Positions 26,627 through 42,930 of a stretch of 64,000 nucleotides of DNA are shown here, one piece after another. A program made the position numbers and the translations under genes. This DNA comes from Escherichia coli (lineage in GTDB: Bacteria; Pseudomonadota; Gammaproteobacteria; Enterobacterales; Enterobacteriaceae): the NCBI RefSeq assembly GCF_044324875.1, contig NZ_CP172185.1; one strand, written 5' to 3'. The notes beneath the pieces were generated by a model. It searched no databases and was not told the DNA's origin. It saw only the letters and a program-made list of their open reading frames with translations. The stretch's first letter is position 1, and each line of letters opens with the position of its first letter.

Positions 26627-28379
26627 CTGTCCCCTCGCCTTGATTAATCACAAATTCATTTTTATCGCCCGTTGTCAGCGCATCCGGCTCGATGTTCATG
26701 GTACGCAATACGCCGCCCATGATGGCACCAAAGACCGGCGCGGAAACGGCGCCGCCGTAGTATTTACCCGCCTGCGGATCGTTGATAACAACAACCAGCG
26801 CGAAGCGCGGCTGACTCGCAGGCGCAACGCCTGCGGTATAAGCAATATATTTATTGATGTAGCGACCGTCCGGCCCGACCTTTTTCGCGGTACCGGTTTT
26901 AATGGCGATACGATAGCCCTTAATCGCCGCCTTCACGCCGCCACCACCCGGTAGCGCCACGCTTTCCATCATATGCACCACGGTGCGAACAATGGATTCC
27001 GGGAAGACTCGTTCACCGGGAACCGGGGGGTCAACTTTGGTAATCGACAGTGGGCGATAAATGCCGTAGCTGCCGATAGTTGCGTAGACTCGCGCTAACT
27101 GTAACGGTGTTACCATTAGCCCGTAGCCGAAAGAGAAGGTGGCCCTCTCTATGTCAGACCACCGTTGTTTTTGAGGATATAAGCCACTGCGTTCTCCGAC
27201 CAACCCCAAATTGGTCGCTTTTCCCAGTCCAAAACGTGAGTAAGTATCTACTAACGCTGAGGACGGCATCGCTAACGCCAGCTTGGAAACACCGACGTTA
27301 CTCGACTTCTGTAATACCCCGGTCAGGGTTAATTCGCTGTAGCGTGCCACGTCTTTGATTTCGTGGCCGTTAATTCGATAAGGAACGGTATTCAGTACCG
27401 AGTTTTCCCGCACTACGCCACGTTGCAACGCGGTCATCACCACCATCGGTTTAACCGTTGAACCCGGTTCAAACACGTCAGTGATGGTACGGTTACGCAT
27501 CGCCTCTTTCGGCGTGCCACTCAGATTGTTTGGGTTGTATGACGGGCTGTTAGCCATCGCCAGCACTTCACCGGTGTTGACATCCACCAGCACGGCGCTA
27601 CCAGATTCAGCTTTGTTAAAGGCCACCGCGTTGTTCAGTTCGCGATAAACCAGCGCCTGCAGGCGTTCATCAATACTCAGCGCCAGGTTGTGCGCCGCCT
27701 GACTGTCGGTGGAAGAGATATCTTCAATTACGCGACCATAGCGGTCTTTACGCACAATGCGCTCACCCGGCTGCCCGGTAAGCCATTTATCGAAACTCTT
27801 CTCGACGCCCTCAATCCCCTGACTATCGACGTTAGTAAAGCCGATGAGGTGAGCGGTCACTTCGCCGGATGGATAATAACGGCGAGATTCTTCACGCAGA
27901 TGAATCCCCGGCAGTTTCAGTTTTTTGATGTAGTCCGCCATGTCAGGGTTTACCTGACGCGCCAGATAAATAAAGCGCCCTTTCGGGTTGGCGTTAATGC
28001 GGGCTGAAAGCTGATCCAGCGGAATATTGAGCGCGTTAGCCAGCGCCTTCCAGCGGTCACCGACGCTGATACCGCCAGCGTCATGCACTTCTTTCGGGTC
28101 AGCCCAAATCGCTTTTACCGGCACGCTCACCGCTAACGGGCGACCAGAACGGTCAGTAATCATGCCGCGGGAGGTGGAAACTTGCTGAACGCGAAGAGAA
28201 CGCATGTCGCCCTCTTTCACCAGCATATCCGGGGAGATAACTTGTAACCACGCTACGCGTCCGAGCAGAAAAGCCAGCGCCAGGAGAATACAGCCGCATA
28301 ACAACGCAAAACGCCAACTGATAAAGTTGGCATGTTCTTCCTGACGTTTTGGTTTCTGCGTTTTCGCCGCTGCTTTCAT
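26613..28379 (-). CDS. ftsI: Septal peptidoglycan transpeptidase PBP3
   Basis: 588 aa with STVK active-site motif. Confidence 0.97.
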
Positions 28380-28394
28380 GCGTCGCGTTTATCC

Positions 28395-28760
28395 TTATTT
28401 TTGCACTACGATATTTTCTTGTGACGGATCAACATGCTGCATTTGCAGCTTTTCCGTGGCGATCCTTTCCACCCGGCTATGGTCGCCGAGCGCATTCTCT
28501 TCAAGGATCAGGTTGCGCCATTCAATGTCTAAAGCATCTCGCTCCAGCACCAGTTGTTCGCGCTGAGCGGTCAGTAAACGGGTATGGTGCGCCGTGGTTA
28601 CCACGGTCACCGCCGTCAAAATAATGCAAATGAACAGGCAGAGTGGCAGCTTCCCAAATCGCAAAAGATCGTCACCGATAACACCAGGCAATGCATGGCG
28701 CTCGTGGCTTCCCATCGATCCTTTAACTTTGCTTAGAGCTTCTGTCACTCTGCTGATCAT
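28395..28760 (-). CDS. ftsL: Cell division protein FtsL
   Basis: 121 aa small bitopic protein between rsmH and ftsI. Confidence 0.95.
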
Positions 28761-29698
28761 GCGTTCGTCCTCTCTGCAATACGCAGAACTGAACTACGGG
28801 CACGAGGGTTCTCAGCCACCTCTTCTTCGCCCGGCATTAACTTGCCTAGTGCTCGCAGCTGACGGCCACCCAGTTTTTTGAGCTGCTCTTCAGTCATCGG
28901 TAACCCTGCCGGAACTTGCGGACCGCGGCTGTTTTCACGCATAAAACGTTTCACAATACGGTCTTCCAGCGAGTGGAAGCTGATGATCGAAAGCCGCCCA
29001 CCCGGGGCCAGCACGTTGAGCGAGCTTTTTAGCGCCTGCTCTATCTCCTCCAGTTCACTGTTTACCCAAATGCGCACCGCCTGGAAGGTACGGGTCGCGG
29101 GATGTTTAAACTTATCTTTCACCGGCGTTGCGGCAGCCACGACTTCCGCCAGTTCTTTGGTGCGGGTCATCGGCTGTTCGCGGTTTCGCTCGACAATGGC
29201 GCGGGCAATGCGTTTGGCAAAACGCTCTTCACCATAGGTTTTCAATACCCAGGCGATATCGGCTTCTTCTGCGGTTTGTAGCCATTCAGCGGCTGACTGC
29301 CCACGGGTTGGGTCCATACGCATGTCCAGCGGACCATCGCGCATAAAGGAAAAGCCGCGTTCAGCATCATCAAGTTGCGGTGAAGAGACGCCAAGATCGA
29401 GGAGAATGCCGTCGATCTTGCCGATAAGATCGCGCTCGGCAACATATTCGCCCAGCGCGGAGAAAGGTCCGTGGATGATGGAGAAGCGCGGATCATCAAT
29501 AGTCTTCGCAACGGCGATAGCCTGCGGGTCGCGATCGATCGCCAGCAAACGCCCCTCTTCGCCAAGCTGCGAGAGGATCAGCCGTGAGTGACCACCGCGA
29601 CCAAAAGTCCCATCAATGTAGATGCCATCAGGACGGATATTGAGGCCATTAACGGCTTCATCCAGCAGCACCGTAGTATGTTTATAGTTTTCCATCAT
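28757..29698 (-). CDS. rsmH: 16S rRNA m4C1402 methyltransferase RsmH (MraW)
   Basis: 313 aa starting [19 protein letters not shown]; the 356-aa track ORF is an upstream in-frame extension that overlaps mraZ. Confidence 0.95.
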
Positions 29699-29699
29699 T

Positions 29700-30158
29700 T
29701 TATAGAGACAAGTCCTGCAGTCGCTCCGATAAGTCTCCGGTAGCCAACTGCTCTGCGTCGATATCTTCCTTGACCTGTTGATGCCAGGTTGTTTCATCCC
29801 ACAGCTCAAACTTGTTGAACTGTCCAACCAGCATCACTTCTTTTGTCAGCCCGGCATGTTGCCGCAGTACTGGCGCGATTAACAATCGACCTGCGCCATC
29901 CATCTGACATTCGCTGGCATGACCTAACAGTAGGCGCTGCACACGGCGCTCAACCGGGTTCATGCTCGACAGACGCGATAATTTTTGCTCGATAATTTCC
30001 CATTCAGGCAGGGGGTAAAGCAGCAGGCACGGGTGATGAATGTCAATGGTGCAAACCATTTGACCGGCAGCGTTCTCAAGCAGCTGTTCCCGATAACGGG
30101 TAGGCACTGATAAGCGCCCTTTGCTGTCGAGATTGACTAACGTTGCTCCCCGGAACAT
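29700..30158 (-). CDS. mraZ: Transcriptional regulator MraZ
   Basis: 152 aa starting [19 protein letters not shown]; track ORF extended upstream. Confidence 0.95.
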
Positions 30159-30177
30159 GCCAGCCTCACCCCTTATT

Positions 30178-30239
30178 CCCACTTTGCCCCACAATTTCCC
30201 ACTGAAAGGAGTTTACGGAGCGGAGGAAAAGCTTGTCAA
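30178..30239 (-). promoter_or_regulatory. Pmra promoter (-35 TTGACA, -10 TAAACT) with three GTGGG direct repeats in the leader (MraZ operator)
   Basis: Minus-strand TTGACA, 17-bp spacer, TAAACT; downstream three CCCAC (plus strand) repeats at 30178, 30188 and 30198 with exact 10-bp periodicity. Confidence 0.6.
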
Positions 30240-30759
30240 GCCAGTCACAAGGCATACCGAGGTAAAAAACCCGATGTTTACGGCTAATATCAGCGTTGTT
30301 TATTTTACGTCCAACGTGCGAAGCAAATTAACGTTATGAATAGCTGTAAGAAAAAATCCCTCATCGTCATCACCGTTTTAAAATGACTCACTATTTTCCA
30401 CAGCAAATATAAAGTGTCAGTTTGCGACGCGAGCGGCATTTTAGGACATATCTTCCCCGGTTAACAGTCCCTGTTGCGTCTGTGTGGCGCTTGATGCCAG
30501 CGGGTTTGCGCAAAAGCAAAGAAAAGTGTTTGTTAAATCGGCAATTCATCTCTGCATGTAACAAAATAATGCAAAAACGCGCTATCGATATCACTTAATT
30601 ATTGTGAATTTCAGCTGGTGAGGTAATTAACGGGCAGGTTTAAAAGCATTTATCAATAATAGCCAGGAATAGTCTTATTTACTTTAAGGATATTGATGTC
30701 CATTCCCGTACTCAACGCGCCAGAGAGAAATTCACCTGGCGCGTATTTTTGTTCGCGGC

Positions 30760-31764
30760 TTAGCTACGGCTGAGCACGCCGCGGCGATAGAGATTACGTT
30801 TAATGCGCGTTAAACCAGGTTTTGGCTTACGCGGTTCGTCCAGGCTTGCCAGGACAATCTCCAGCACACGCTCTGCGACATCGCGGTGACGTTGAGCCAC
30901 TGCCAGCACCGGGCACTGTAAGAAGTCGAGCAGTTCGTTATCGCCAAAGGTGGCAATTGCCAGGTCAGAAGGCAGTTTGCCGTCACGACGTAGCGTGACA
31001 TCCATCACCCCTTGCAACAACGCAAACGACGTTGTGAACAGTGCCTGCGGCATCGGATGCGTTTCCAGCCATTTTTCGAATAACTGGGCAGCCGCCTCCC
31101 GCTCATAGCTGTTGGCATAAAGGAAATGCACTTCGCGCGGATCATCTTTCCAGGCAGTACGGAAACCTTGTTCACGCAGGAAGCTGACAGAAAGCTCCGG
31201 CAGCGCGCCAAGATAAAGTACCGTCTCGGCGGGAAACTTACGTAACTCTTCCGCCAGCATTTCGGCATCATCCTGATCGGCACCAACCACGCTGGTGAAG
31301 TGTTCACGATCGAGGGCGCGGTCCAGCGCGACAATCGGGAACGGGTCGTTAGCCCAGCGTTGATAAAAAGGATGCTCAGGTGGCAACGACGTCGAAACAA
31401 TAATGGCATCAACCTGACGCTGTAAAAGGTGCTCAATGCAGCGCATTTCGTTGTCGGGCTGATCTTCCGAGCAGGCAATCAGCAGTTGATAACCCCTTTG
31501 CCGCGCCTGGCGTTCAAGATAGTTAGCGATGCGGGTATAGCTGGTGTTCTCCAGATCGGGGATCACAAGACCAATAGAACGTGTGCGTCCAGCACGAAGC
31601 CCAGCTGCCACGGCGTTCGGGTGGTAATTGTGCTCACGCACCACAGCCATGACTTTTTCAACGGTTTTGTCGCTCACACGGTATTGCTTCGCTTTGCCGT
31701 TAATAACATAGCTTGCAGTGGTCCGCGACACTCCCGCCAGCCGAGCGATTTCATCCAGTTTCAC
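30760..31764 (-). CDS. cra: Catabolite repressor/activator Cra (FruR), LacI family
   Basis: 334 aa, N-terminal [26 protein letters not shown]. Confidence 0.97.
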   Translation of the reverse strand: MKLDEIARLAGVSRTTASYVINGKAKQYRVSDKTVEKVMAVVREHNYHPNAVAAGLRAGRTRSIGLVIPDLENTSYTRIANYLERQARQRGYQLLIACSEDQPDNEMRCIEHLLQRQVDAIIVSTSLPPEHPFYQRWANDPFPIVALDRALDREHFTSVVGADQDDAEMLAEELRKFPAETVLYLGALPELSVSFLREQGFRTAWKDDPREVHFLYANSYEREAAAQLFEKWLETHPMPQALFTTSFALLQGVMDVTLRRDGKLPSDLAIATFGDNELLDFLQCPVLAVAQRHRDVAERVLEIVLASLDEPRKPKPGLTRIKRNLYRRGVLSRS

Positions 31765-31943
31765 AATTGCCCCTTGCGTAAAATGTAAAAACCATAGCCA
31801 TTGTACTGGTATGGGTTAAATTCATTAACATCTAAGCGCAGAAAATTAACTGCGGCAACTGCTTTTATTCCAGGTTCCCACTGATTTCGCAAAAAAAGCC
31901 CAACGTGACATGTTGGGCTGCAAATTGCGCATTGAGATCATTA

Positions 31944-32435
31944 TCAACGCATTATTTTATCGCCGCGCGAAAGTCCTACCACACCAGAGCGAGCAACTTC
32001 CACAATTTTCGCCACATCGCGAATCGATGCTAAAAATGCATCAAGCTTATCGCTGGTGCCTGCTAATTGAACGGTATAAAGCGAGGGTGTGACATCAATA
32101 ATTTGCCCACGGAATATTTCCGTATTACGTTTCACTTCGTCACGCCCGTAGCCGCTGGCCTGAATTTTCACCAGCATGATTTCCCGCTCAACATGCGCGC
32201 CCTGCCCTAACTCGCTCACGCGTAATACATCGACCAGCTTGTGTAATTGCTTTTCGATCTGCTCAAGCACTTTTTCATCGCCCACGGTCTGGATGGTCAT
32301 ACGCGATAATGTCGGATCGTCGGTTGGCGCAACGGTCAGGCTTTCAATGTTGTAGCCACGCTGGGAAAAAAGGCCAATCACGCGGGATAACGCGCCTGAT
32401 TCATTTTCGAGTAAGACTGATAATATCCGGCGCAT
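31944..32435 (-). CDS. ilvH: Acetolactate synthase III small subunit
   Basis: 163 aa starting [19 protein letters not shown]; ACT domain. Confidence 0.95.
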
Positions 32436-32437
32436 AA

Positions 32438-34162
32438 TCAGGTTCTCTCCGTTTTGCTTAACCACATTTCATCCATTCCGCCCCCGCGAATCTGCATCGG
32501 GTAGACGTGCTCACTGCCATCGACGGTAACATCAACAAACACCAGGCGATTATTGCGCACCTGTTCCAGCGCCTCGCTAAGTTTGCTTTCCAGTTCTTGC
32601 GGATGAGAAATCTGGATCCCGACGTGACCATAGGCTTCCGCCAGACGAACGAAATCGGGTAGCGATTGCATATAAGATTGTGAATGACGGCCGGAATAGA
32701 TCATGTCCTGCCACTGTTTCACCATCCCCAGATAGCGGTTATTGAGATTCACCACCAGTACGGGCAACTCGTATTGCAACGCGGTAGACAGTTCCTGGAT
32801 GTTCATCTGAATACTGCCGTCGCCAGTGACGCAAACCACGGTTTCTTCTGGCAACGCCATTTTGACGCCCAGTGCCGCAGGCAAACCAAACCCCATCGTG
32901 CCGAGGCCGCCAGAGTTGATCCAGCGACGCGGTTTGTCGAATGGATAATAAAGCGCAGCAAACATCTGGTGCTGCCCGACATCGGACGTCACGTAAGCGT
33001 CTCCCTTCGTCAACCGCCAAAGAGTCTCGATCACCGCCTGCGGTTTAATCTTTTCACTGTGAGTGTCATATTTCAGGCACTGACGAGCCCGCCACTGTTC
33101 AATCTGCTGCCACCAGTCGCGGATCTCATCCAGCGGTTGATGGACGGATTCTTGCGACAGGAGTTCAAGCATTTGTTCGAGGACCTGGCGAGCATCCCCC
33201 ACAATCGGGATATCAGCAGTCACGGTTTTAGAAATGGAAGTAGGATCAATATCGATATGCAGAACCGTGGCATTTGGGCAGTACTTCGCCAGATTGTTCG
33301 TCGTTCGGTCATCAAAACGTACCCCGACGGCAAAAATCACATCCGCGTTATGCATCGTCATATTAGCTTCGTAGGTGCCGTGCATTCCCAGCATGCCCAG
33401 TGCCTGACGATGCGTTGCCGGAAACGCCCCCAGCCCCATTAATGAGGAAACAACGGGCAGATTCAACGCCTCCACCGTTTCTTTTAGCTGCTGATGACAG
33501 CCCGCCGTGATTGCCCCACCGCCTACATAGACAACCGGTTTTTTTGCCGCCACCAGCGTTTGCAGAGCACGCTTAATTTGCCCTTTATGTCCGGTAGTAG
33601 TGGGATTGTAAGATCGCATACTGACCGACTCCGGCCAGACATAGGGTAATTTGTTCGCCGGATTAAGAATATCTTTGGGTAAATCAACGACCACGGGCCC
33701 AGGACGACCACTTGCCGCCAGCCAGAAAGCCTTTTTCAGCACCTGCGGAATGTCTTCCGTTTGCTTAACCAGAAAACTGTGTTTAACCACCGGGCGAGAA
33801 ATCCCCACCATGTCGCACTCCTGAAAGGCATCGTAGCCTATCAACGAGGTCGCTACCTGCCCGGAAAGGACAACTAATGGAATGGAATCCATATAAGCGG
33901 TGGCAATGCCAGTAATCGCATTGGTCGCCCCTGGACCCGACGTTACCAGCACGACGCCGACTTCCCCGGTCGCGCGCGCCAGACCATCGGCCATATGCAC
34001 CGCCGCCTGCTCATGACGAACTAAAACATGATCGATACCACCCACGGTATGCAATGCATCGTAAATATCAAGGACCGCGCCTCCGGGATAACCGAATACT
34101 TGTTTAACGCCCTGATCGATAAGCGATCGGACGACCATCTCGGCTCCAGACAACATCTCCAT
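32438..34162 (-). CDS. ilvI: Acetolactate synthase III large subunit
   Basis: 574 aa TPP enzyme starting [14 protein letters not shown]. Confidence 0.95.
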   Translation of the reverse strand: MEMLSGAEMVVRSLIDQGVKQVFGYPGGAVLDIYDALHTVGGIDHVLVRHEQAAVHMADGLARATGEVGVVLVTSGPGATNAITGIATAYMDSIPLVVLSGQVATSLIGYDAFQECDMVGISRPVVKHSFLVKQTEDIPQVLKKAFWLAASGRPGPVVVDLPKDILNPANKLPYVWPESVSMRSYNPTTTGHKGQIKRALQTLVAAKKPVVYVGGGAITAGCHQQLKETVEALNLPVVSSLMGLGAFPATHRQALGMLGMHGTYEANMTMHNADVIFAVGVRFDDRTTNNLAKYCPNATVLHIDIDPTSISKTVTADIPIVGDARQVLEQMLELLSQESVHQPLDEIRDWWQQIEQWRARQCLKYDTHSEKIKPQAVIETLWRLTKGDAYVTSDVGQHQMFAALYYPFDKPRRWINSGGLGTMGFGLPAALGVKMALPEETVVCVTGDGSIQMNIQELSTALQYELPVLVVNLNNRYLGMVKQWQDMIYSGRHSQSYMQSLPDFVRLAEAYGHVGIQISHPQELESKLSEALEQVRNNRLVFVDVTVDGSEHVYPMQIRGGGMDEMWLSKTERT

Positions 34163-34480
34163 GGCCTGCCTCACTGTTTGACGGAAAAAAATGTGTAAAA
34201 CACATTAACCGTCCGATCTTGCTTAAGCAATTGGCAGCCAGAGACATAAACACGGGGTAATAAGAATAAACAGGAGGAAAGGTGAAAAGAAACGATAAAA
34301 TCCTCCATTACAGAGGATTAAATTGATAATAAATCGGCTGAATCCCACAACTTACAGCAATTTCTCTATTTTTTTAATTAATCCTAAAATAGAGAGCACA
34401 CACATTCAGAATAAAATTCTACATTCAATAAAAAATGCAGAATAAACCAGACATTGATGTCTGACCTATTCTGCATTCAG

Positions 34481-35425
34481 TTAGCGTTTGCAAATTGAGA
34501 CTAATTGCTCTTCCATCCACTGATGGCCTTTATCGCGCCCGGCAGCTTCATGCCAGGAGAGATAACAGGTTCTGCTGTTTTGTTTTAACGGCAGCGGTAA
34601 TATCTGTAATTCTAAGGATTCAGCGAACTCTTCCGCCAGCCAACGCGGCGCAATAGCGACCAGATGCGTTTGCGACACCACGCTAAGTACGCTCATCATT
34701 GCCATGCCCTGATACGCGATACTGGCTTGCTTATCTACCGTGTCATACCACGGTTGACTAAATGACGCGAAACGATCGAGCGAAACCGCCGCATGTTGTT
34801 CGTTATAAACATCATGTTTCAGTAACGGGCCTTTAATTGTTGGATGATTTTTGCTGGCTACCAGCACCATTTCATCTTTAAATAATGGCACACTGGTAAA
34901 TTCAGGACGATGGAAGTCTTCATAACTAATCACAAACTCCGTTTCCTGATAACGCAGCTGATGTTCAGTGTTCTGATTTAATGAAGACTTGAACATAACA
35001 TGTATATTTGGCGCAATCTGCTCAATGTGATTATAAATCTGCGAGGTCAGAATGCTGTCTAACGGGCTGCAGACACAAAGATGAAATACACGTTCACTAC
35101 TGGCAGGCTCAAAGCCTGAACCTGGTAATTCATTTTGTACTAATTGCAATGCCTGACGAACTGAACCAAAAAGTTGAAATGCGCGAGCAGTCGGTTGAAT
35201 ACCACGGCCATAACGAACAAAAAGCTCGTCATTAAACATCACCTTCAGGCGTGCAACAGCGTTACTGACCGCAGGTTGCGACATTCCCAGAACATGAGCG
35301 GCACGGGTGATGTTTTGCTCCTGCATCACGGCATCGAAAACGGTTAATAAGTTGAGATCGACCATGCGTAGCTGTGGCTTGCTTAACTCCGCCGTCTCTG
35401 GATGATCTGTTTGTACCTCTGGCAT
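34481..35425 (-). CDS. leuO: LysR-family transcriptional regulator LeuO
   Basis: 314 aa starting [16 protein letters not shown]; flanked by very AT-rich intergenic DNA. Confidence 0.95.
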   Translation of the reverse strand: MPEVQTDHPETAELSKPQLRMVDLNLLTVFDAVMQEQNITRAAHVLGMSQPAVSNAVARLKVMFNDELFVRYGRGIQPTARAFQLFGSVRQALQLVQNELPGSGFEPASSERVFHLCVCSPLDSILTSQIYNHIEQIAPNIHVMFKSSLNQNTEHQLRYQETEFVISYEDFHRPEFTSVPLFKDEMVLVASKNHPTIKGPLLKHDVYNEQHAAVSLDRFASFSQPWYDTVDKQASIAYQGMAMMSVLSVVSQTHLVAIAPRWLAEEFAESLELQILPLPLKQNSRTCYLSWHEAAGRDKGHQWMEEQLVSICKR

Positions 35426-36083
35426 ACTTAACTCCACTGTCACACTTAACTCCCTTTCCCTTATTGGAATGCAGAGAAATAATCCTCGAGAATATGATTT
35501 ATCATGCATATAAAATAAGAAAAAGGAAAATGAGTAAAATTAGGAAAACATAAAGATACGGGTTCTTATAAAAACAGAATCCATTGCCGTGGAAAGCGTC
35601 ATTTACCACAGCATAATAATCCATAATGTTTTTGTTGCGAAAACAATCTAATCATAACTACCACGAATACTCAATCATCCACAAAATGGATTAAATGTGC
35701 TTTTTTAATAATTAATTTATATGTTTAATGCATTAATTCTTAACATTAATTGATCAATAATATTCACCAAATGAATATCAAAAAATTCGCAAAACATATA
35801 ATTCAATACAAATCATCAGGATAGGTTTTGTAACGCGTGCATTTTATCCCCCTTTCCCTCGTCGATTAGATGCAAAAATTTATTCTGAAATATGTCAACC
35901 GATGAAAAGCAGCGGTGGTTAAGCAGAAATTAATATCGCTTGTTTTAACCACCGCAGCACAATTAGCTAATTTGACTGATGCAGAACTCACGCTGGCTGG
36001 ACGTTTTTGTTGCATCAGGGTTGACATCCGTTTTGGTATCCAGTAACTCTAAAAGCATATCGCATTCATCTGGAGCTGATTTG

Positions 36084-36170
36084 ATGACTCACATCGTTCG
36101 CTTTATCGGTCTACTACTACTAAACGCATCTTCTTTGCGCGGTAGACTGGTGAGCGGCATTCAGAATTAA
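36084..36170 (+). CDS. leuL: leu operon leader peptide
   Basis: 28-aa [31 protein letters not shown] with four consecutive CTA Leu codons, followed by an attenuator hairpin. Confidence 0.9.
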
Positions 36171-36194
36171 GTCAGCACTCAGTCAAACAAAAAA

Positions 36195-36219
36195 CCCGCG
36201 CCATTGCGCGGGTTTTTTT
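36195..36219 (+). terminator. leu attenuator (Rho-independent terminator)
   Basis: cccgcgccattgcgcggg hairpin followed by a T7 run. Confidence 0.85.
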
Positions 36220-36262
36220 ATGCCCGAAGCGAGGCGCTCAAAAAGAGACAAGGACCCAAACC

Positions 36263-38925
<2,663 letters not shown>

Positions 38926-38927
38926 TC

Positions 38928-40944
<2,017 letters not shown>

Positions 40945-40977
40945 TTTGTAAACCGTTCGGCACTCAATCGCCAAAAA

Positions 40978-41204
40978 GAAAAAAGCCAGCAGATAATCAC
41001 TGCTGGCGTGGCGATTAACACCAATACTCAGTCACACATGATGTCCGCAAATCAGTAGTCAGAATGACTCCCCTCCCACTGCATCAGTTCTTCAAGCATG
41101 GTTAATAGTTGTGGGACGCTTAACCAACGCAACCAGCACAACTTCGCTGTCGCGGTAAAATAGTGCTGATAAAACTGACGCATGGGGCACCTCCTTGCTT
41201 CATC
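40978..41204 (-). ncRNA. sgrS: Small RNA SgrS (glucose-phosphate stress), contains the sgrT ORF
   Basis: Minus-strand sequence GATGAAGCAAGGAGGTGCCCCATGCGTCAG... ending in hairpin GCCAGCAGTGATTATCTGCTGGC plus T-run; divergent from sgrR. Confidence 0.8.
41052..41183 (-). CDS. sgrT: SgrT small protein (43 aa) encoded within SgrS
   Basis: MRQFYQHYFTATAKLCWLRWLSVPQLLTMLEELMQWEGSHSDY at the end of track ORF 41052..41351. Confidence 0.8.
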   Translation of the reverse strand: MRQFYQHYFTATAKLCWLRWLSVPQLLTMLEELMQWEGSHSDY

Positions 41205-41271
41205 GTTAGGAATTATTGACTTAATATAAGGAAAATAAAATTGCTGACTTTTGCGCAGGAGTTCCCCTTTT

Positions 41272-42930
41272 ATGCCATCTGCTCGTCTGCAACAACAGTT
41301 CATCCGCCTGTGGCAATGCTGCGAGGGTAAATCGCAGGACACGACGCTCAACGAACTGGCAGCGTTATTGAGCTGCTCGCGTCGTCATATGCGCACCCTG
41401 CTCAACACCATGCAGGATCGCGGCTGGCTGACGTGGGAAGCGGAAGTCGGGCGCGGTAAACGCTCTCGTCTGACATTCCTCTACACCGGGCTGGCGCTTC
41501 AGCAACAGCGGGCGGAAGACCTGCTGGAGCAGGATCGTATCGATCAACTGGTGCAACTGGTTGGCGACAAAGCGGCCGTGCGGCAAATGTTAGTTTCTCA
41601 TCTGGGCCGTAGCTTCCGCCAGGGGCGGCACATCCTGCGCGTTCTCTACTATCGTCCGTTGCGTAATCTGCTGCCCGGCAGTGCATTGCGTCGTTCCGAA
41701 ACCCATATCGCCCGGCAAATCTTCAGTTCGCTAACGCGCATAAATGAGGAAAATGGGGAACTGGAAGCGGACATCGCCCACCACTGGCAGCAAATTTCAC
41801 CGCTTCACTGGCGTTTCTTTTTGCGTCCAGGAGTCCATTTTCATCATGGTCGTGAACTGGAAATGGACGATGTGATCGCCTCTTTAAAACGAATCAATAC
41901 GCTGCCGCTCTATTCGCATATTGCTGACATTGTGTCGCCGACGCCCTGGACGCTGGATATCCATCTCACGCAACCGGACCGCTGGTTACCGTTACTGCTG
42001 GGGCAAGTTCCGGCGATGATCCTGCCGCGCGAATGGGAAACCCTCAGCAACTTTGCCAGCCATCCCATCGGAACGGGTCCTTATGCGGTGATCCGCAACA
42101 GCAGCAATCAACTGAAAATTCAGGCATTCGACGACTTCTTCGGTTACCGGGCATTAATCGACGAAGTTAACGTCTGGGTTCTACCGGAAATTGCCGACGA
42201 GCCAGCCGGAGGGCTGATGCTAAAAGGTCCACAGGGCGAGGAAAAAGAGATTGAAAGCCGCCTGGAGGAAGGTTGCTACTATTTACTGTTCGACAACCGC
42301 ACCCATCGCGGGGCGAATCAGCAAGTCAGGGACTGGGTAAGCTATGTGCTTTCTCCAACTAATCTGGTCTATTTCGCTGAGGAACAGTACCAGCAACTGT
42401 GGTTCCCGGCTTATGGACTGCTCCCACGTTGGCACCATGCTCGTCCGACACATTGCGAAAAACCCGCCGGGCTGGAAAGCCTCACCCTGACCTTTTATCA
42501 GGATCATATTGAGCATCGAGTGATTGCCGGGATCATGCAGCAGATTCTGGCAAGTCACCAGGTCACGCTGGAAATCAAAGAGATCAGCTACGATCAGTGG
42601 CATGAAGGAGAGATCGAGAGCGATATCTGGCTTAACAGCGCCAACTTTACGCTGCCGCTGGATTTTTCGCTGTTCGCGCACCTGTGCGAGGTGCCGCTGC
42701 TCCAACACTGTATTCCGATCGACTGGCAAGCCGACGCCGCCCGCTGGCGCAATGGCGAAATGAATCTGGCGAACTGGTGCCAGCAACTGGTCGCCAGTAA
42801 AGCAATGGTGCCACTTATCCACCACTGGCTGATCATTCAGGGGCAACGCAGTATGCGCGGTCTGCGTATGAACACCCTCGGCTGGTTCGATTTTAAATCA
42901 GCGTGGTTTGCGCCGCCTGATCCAGAGTAG
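41272..42930 (+). CDS. sgrR: Transcriptional activator SgrR
   Basis: 551 aa starting [15 protein letters not shown]; the track ORF carries a 7-codon upstream extension. Confidence 0.95.
   Translation: MPSARLQQQFIRLWQCCEGKSQDTTLNELAALLSCSRRHMRTLLNTMQDRGWLTWEAEVGRGKRSRLTFLYTGLALQQQRAEDLLEQDRIDQLVQLVGDKAAVRQMLVSHLGRSFRQGRHILRVLYYRPLRNLLPGSALRRSETHIARQIFSSLTRINEENGELEADIAHHWQQISPLHWRFFLRPGVHFHHGRELEMDDVIASLKRINTLPLYSHIADIVSPTPWTLDIHLTQPDRWLPLLLGQVPAMILPREWETLSNFASHPIGTGPYAVIRNSSNQLKIQAFDDFFGYRALIDEVNVWVLPEIADEPAGGLMLKGPQGEEKEIESRLEEGCYYLLFDNRTHRGANQQVRDWVSYVLSPTNLVYFAEEQYQQLWFPAYGLLPRWHHARPTHCEKPAGLESLTLTFYQDHIEHRVIAGIMQQILASHQVTLEIKEISYDQWHEGEIESDIWLNSANFTLPLDFSLFAHLCEVPLLQHCIPIDWQADAARWRNGEMNLANWCQQLVASKAMVPLIHHWLIIQGQRSMRGLRMNTLGWFDFKSAWFAPPDPE

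Noticed and set aside
28757-29827. 356-aa version of rsmH and similar N-terminally extended track ORFs (secM 221 aa, leuO 342 aa, araC 309 aa, djlA 286 aa, sgrR 559 aa, thiQ 239 aa, thiB 331 aa, araD 241 aa)
   Set aside because: The track reports the longest open frame; the conserved protein N-termini begin at internal start codons, so the shorter coordinates were used.
30391-30594. 67-aa minus-strand ORF in the mraZ-cra intergenic region
   Set aside because: Short frame in AT-rich regulatory DNA upstream of Pmra with no coding signal; probably spurious.
35426-36083. Very AT-rich 660-bp region between leuO and leuL as a possible foreign insertion
   Set aside because: The spacing matches the expected leuO-leuL intergenic region, a known curved AT-rich regulatory tract, and contains no ORF; it is native regulatory DNA rather than an islet.
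40945-41271. 99-aa minus-strand ORF 41052..41351 as a protein gene
   Set aside because: Only its C-terminal 43 codons correspond to SgrT; the upstream extension runs through the sgrS promoter and into sgrR and is not a real coding sequence.
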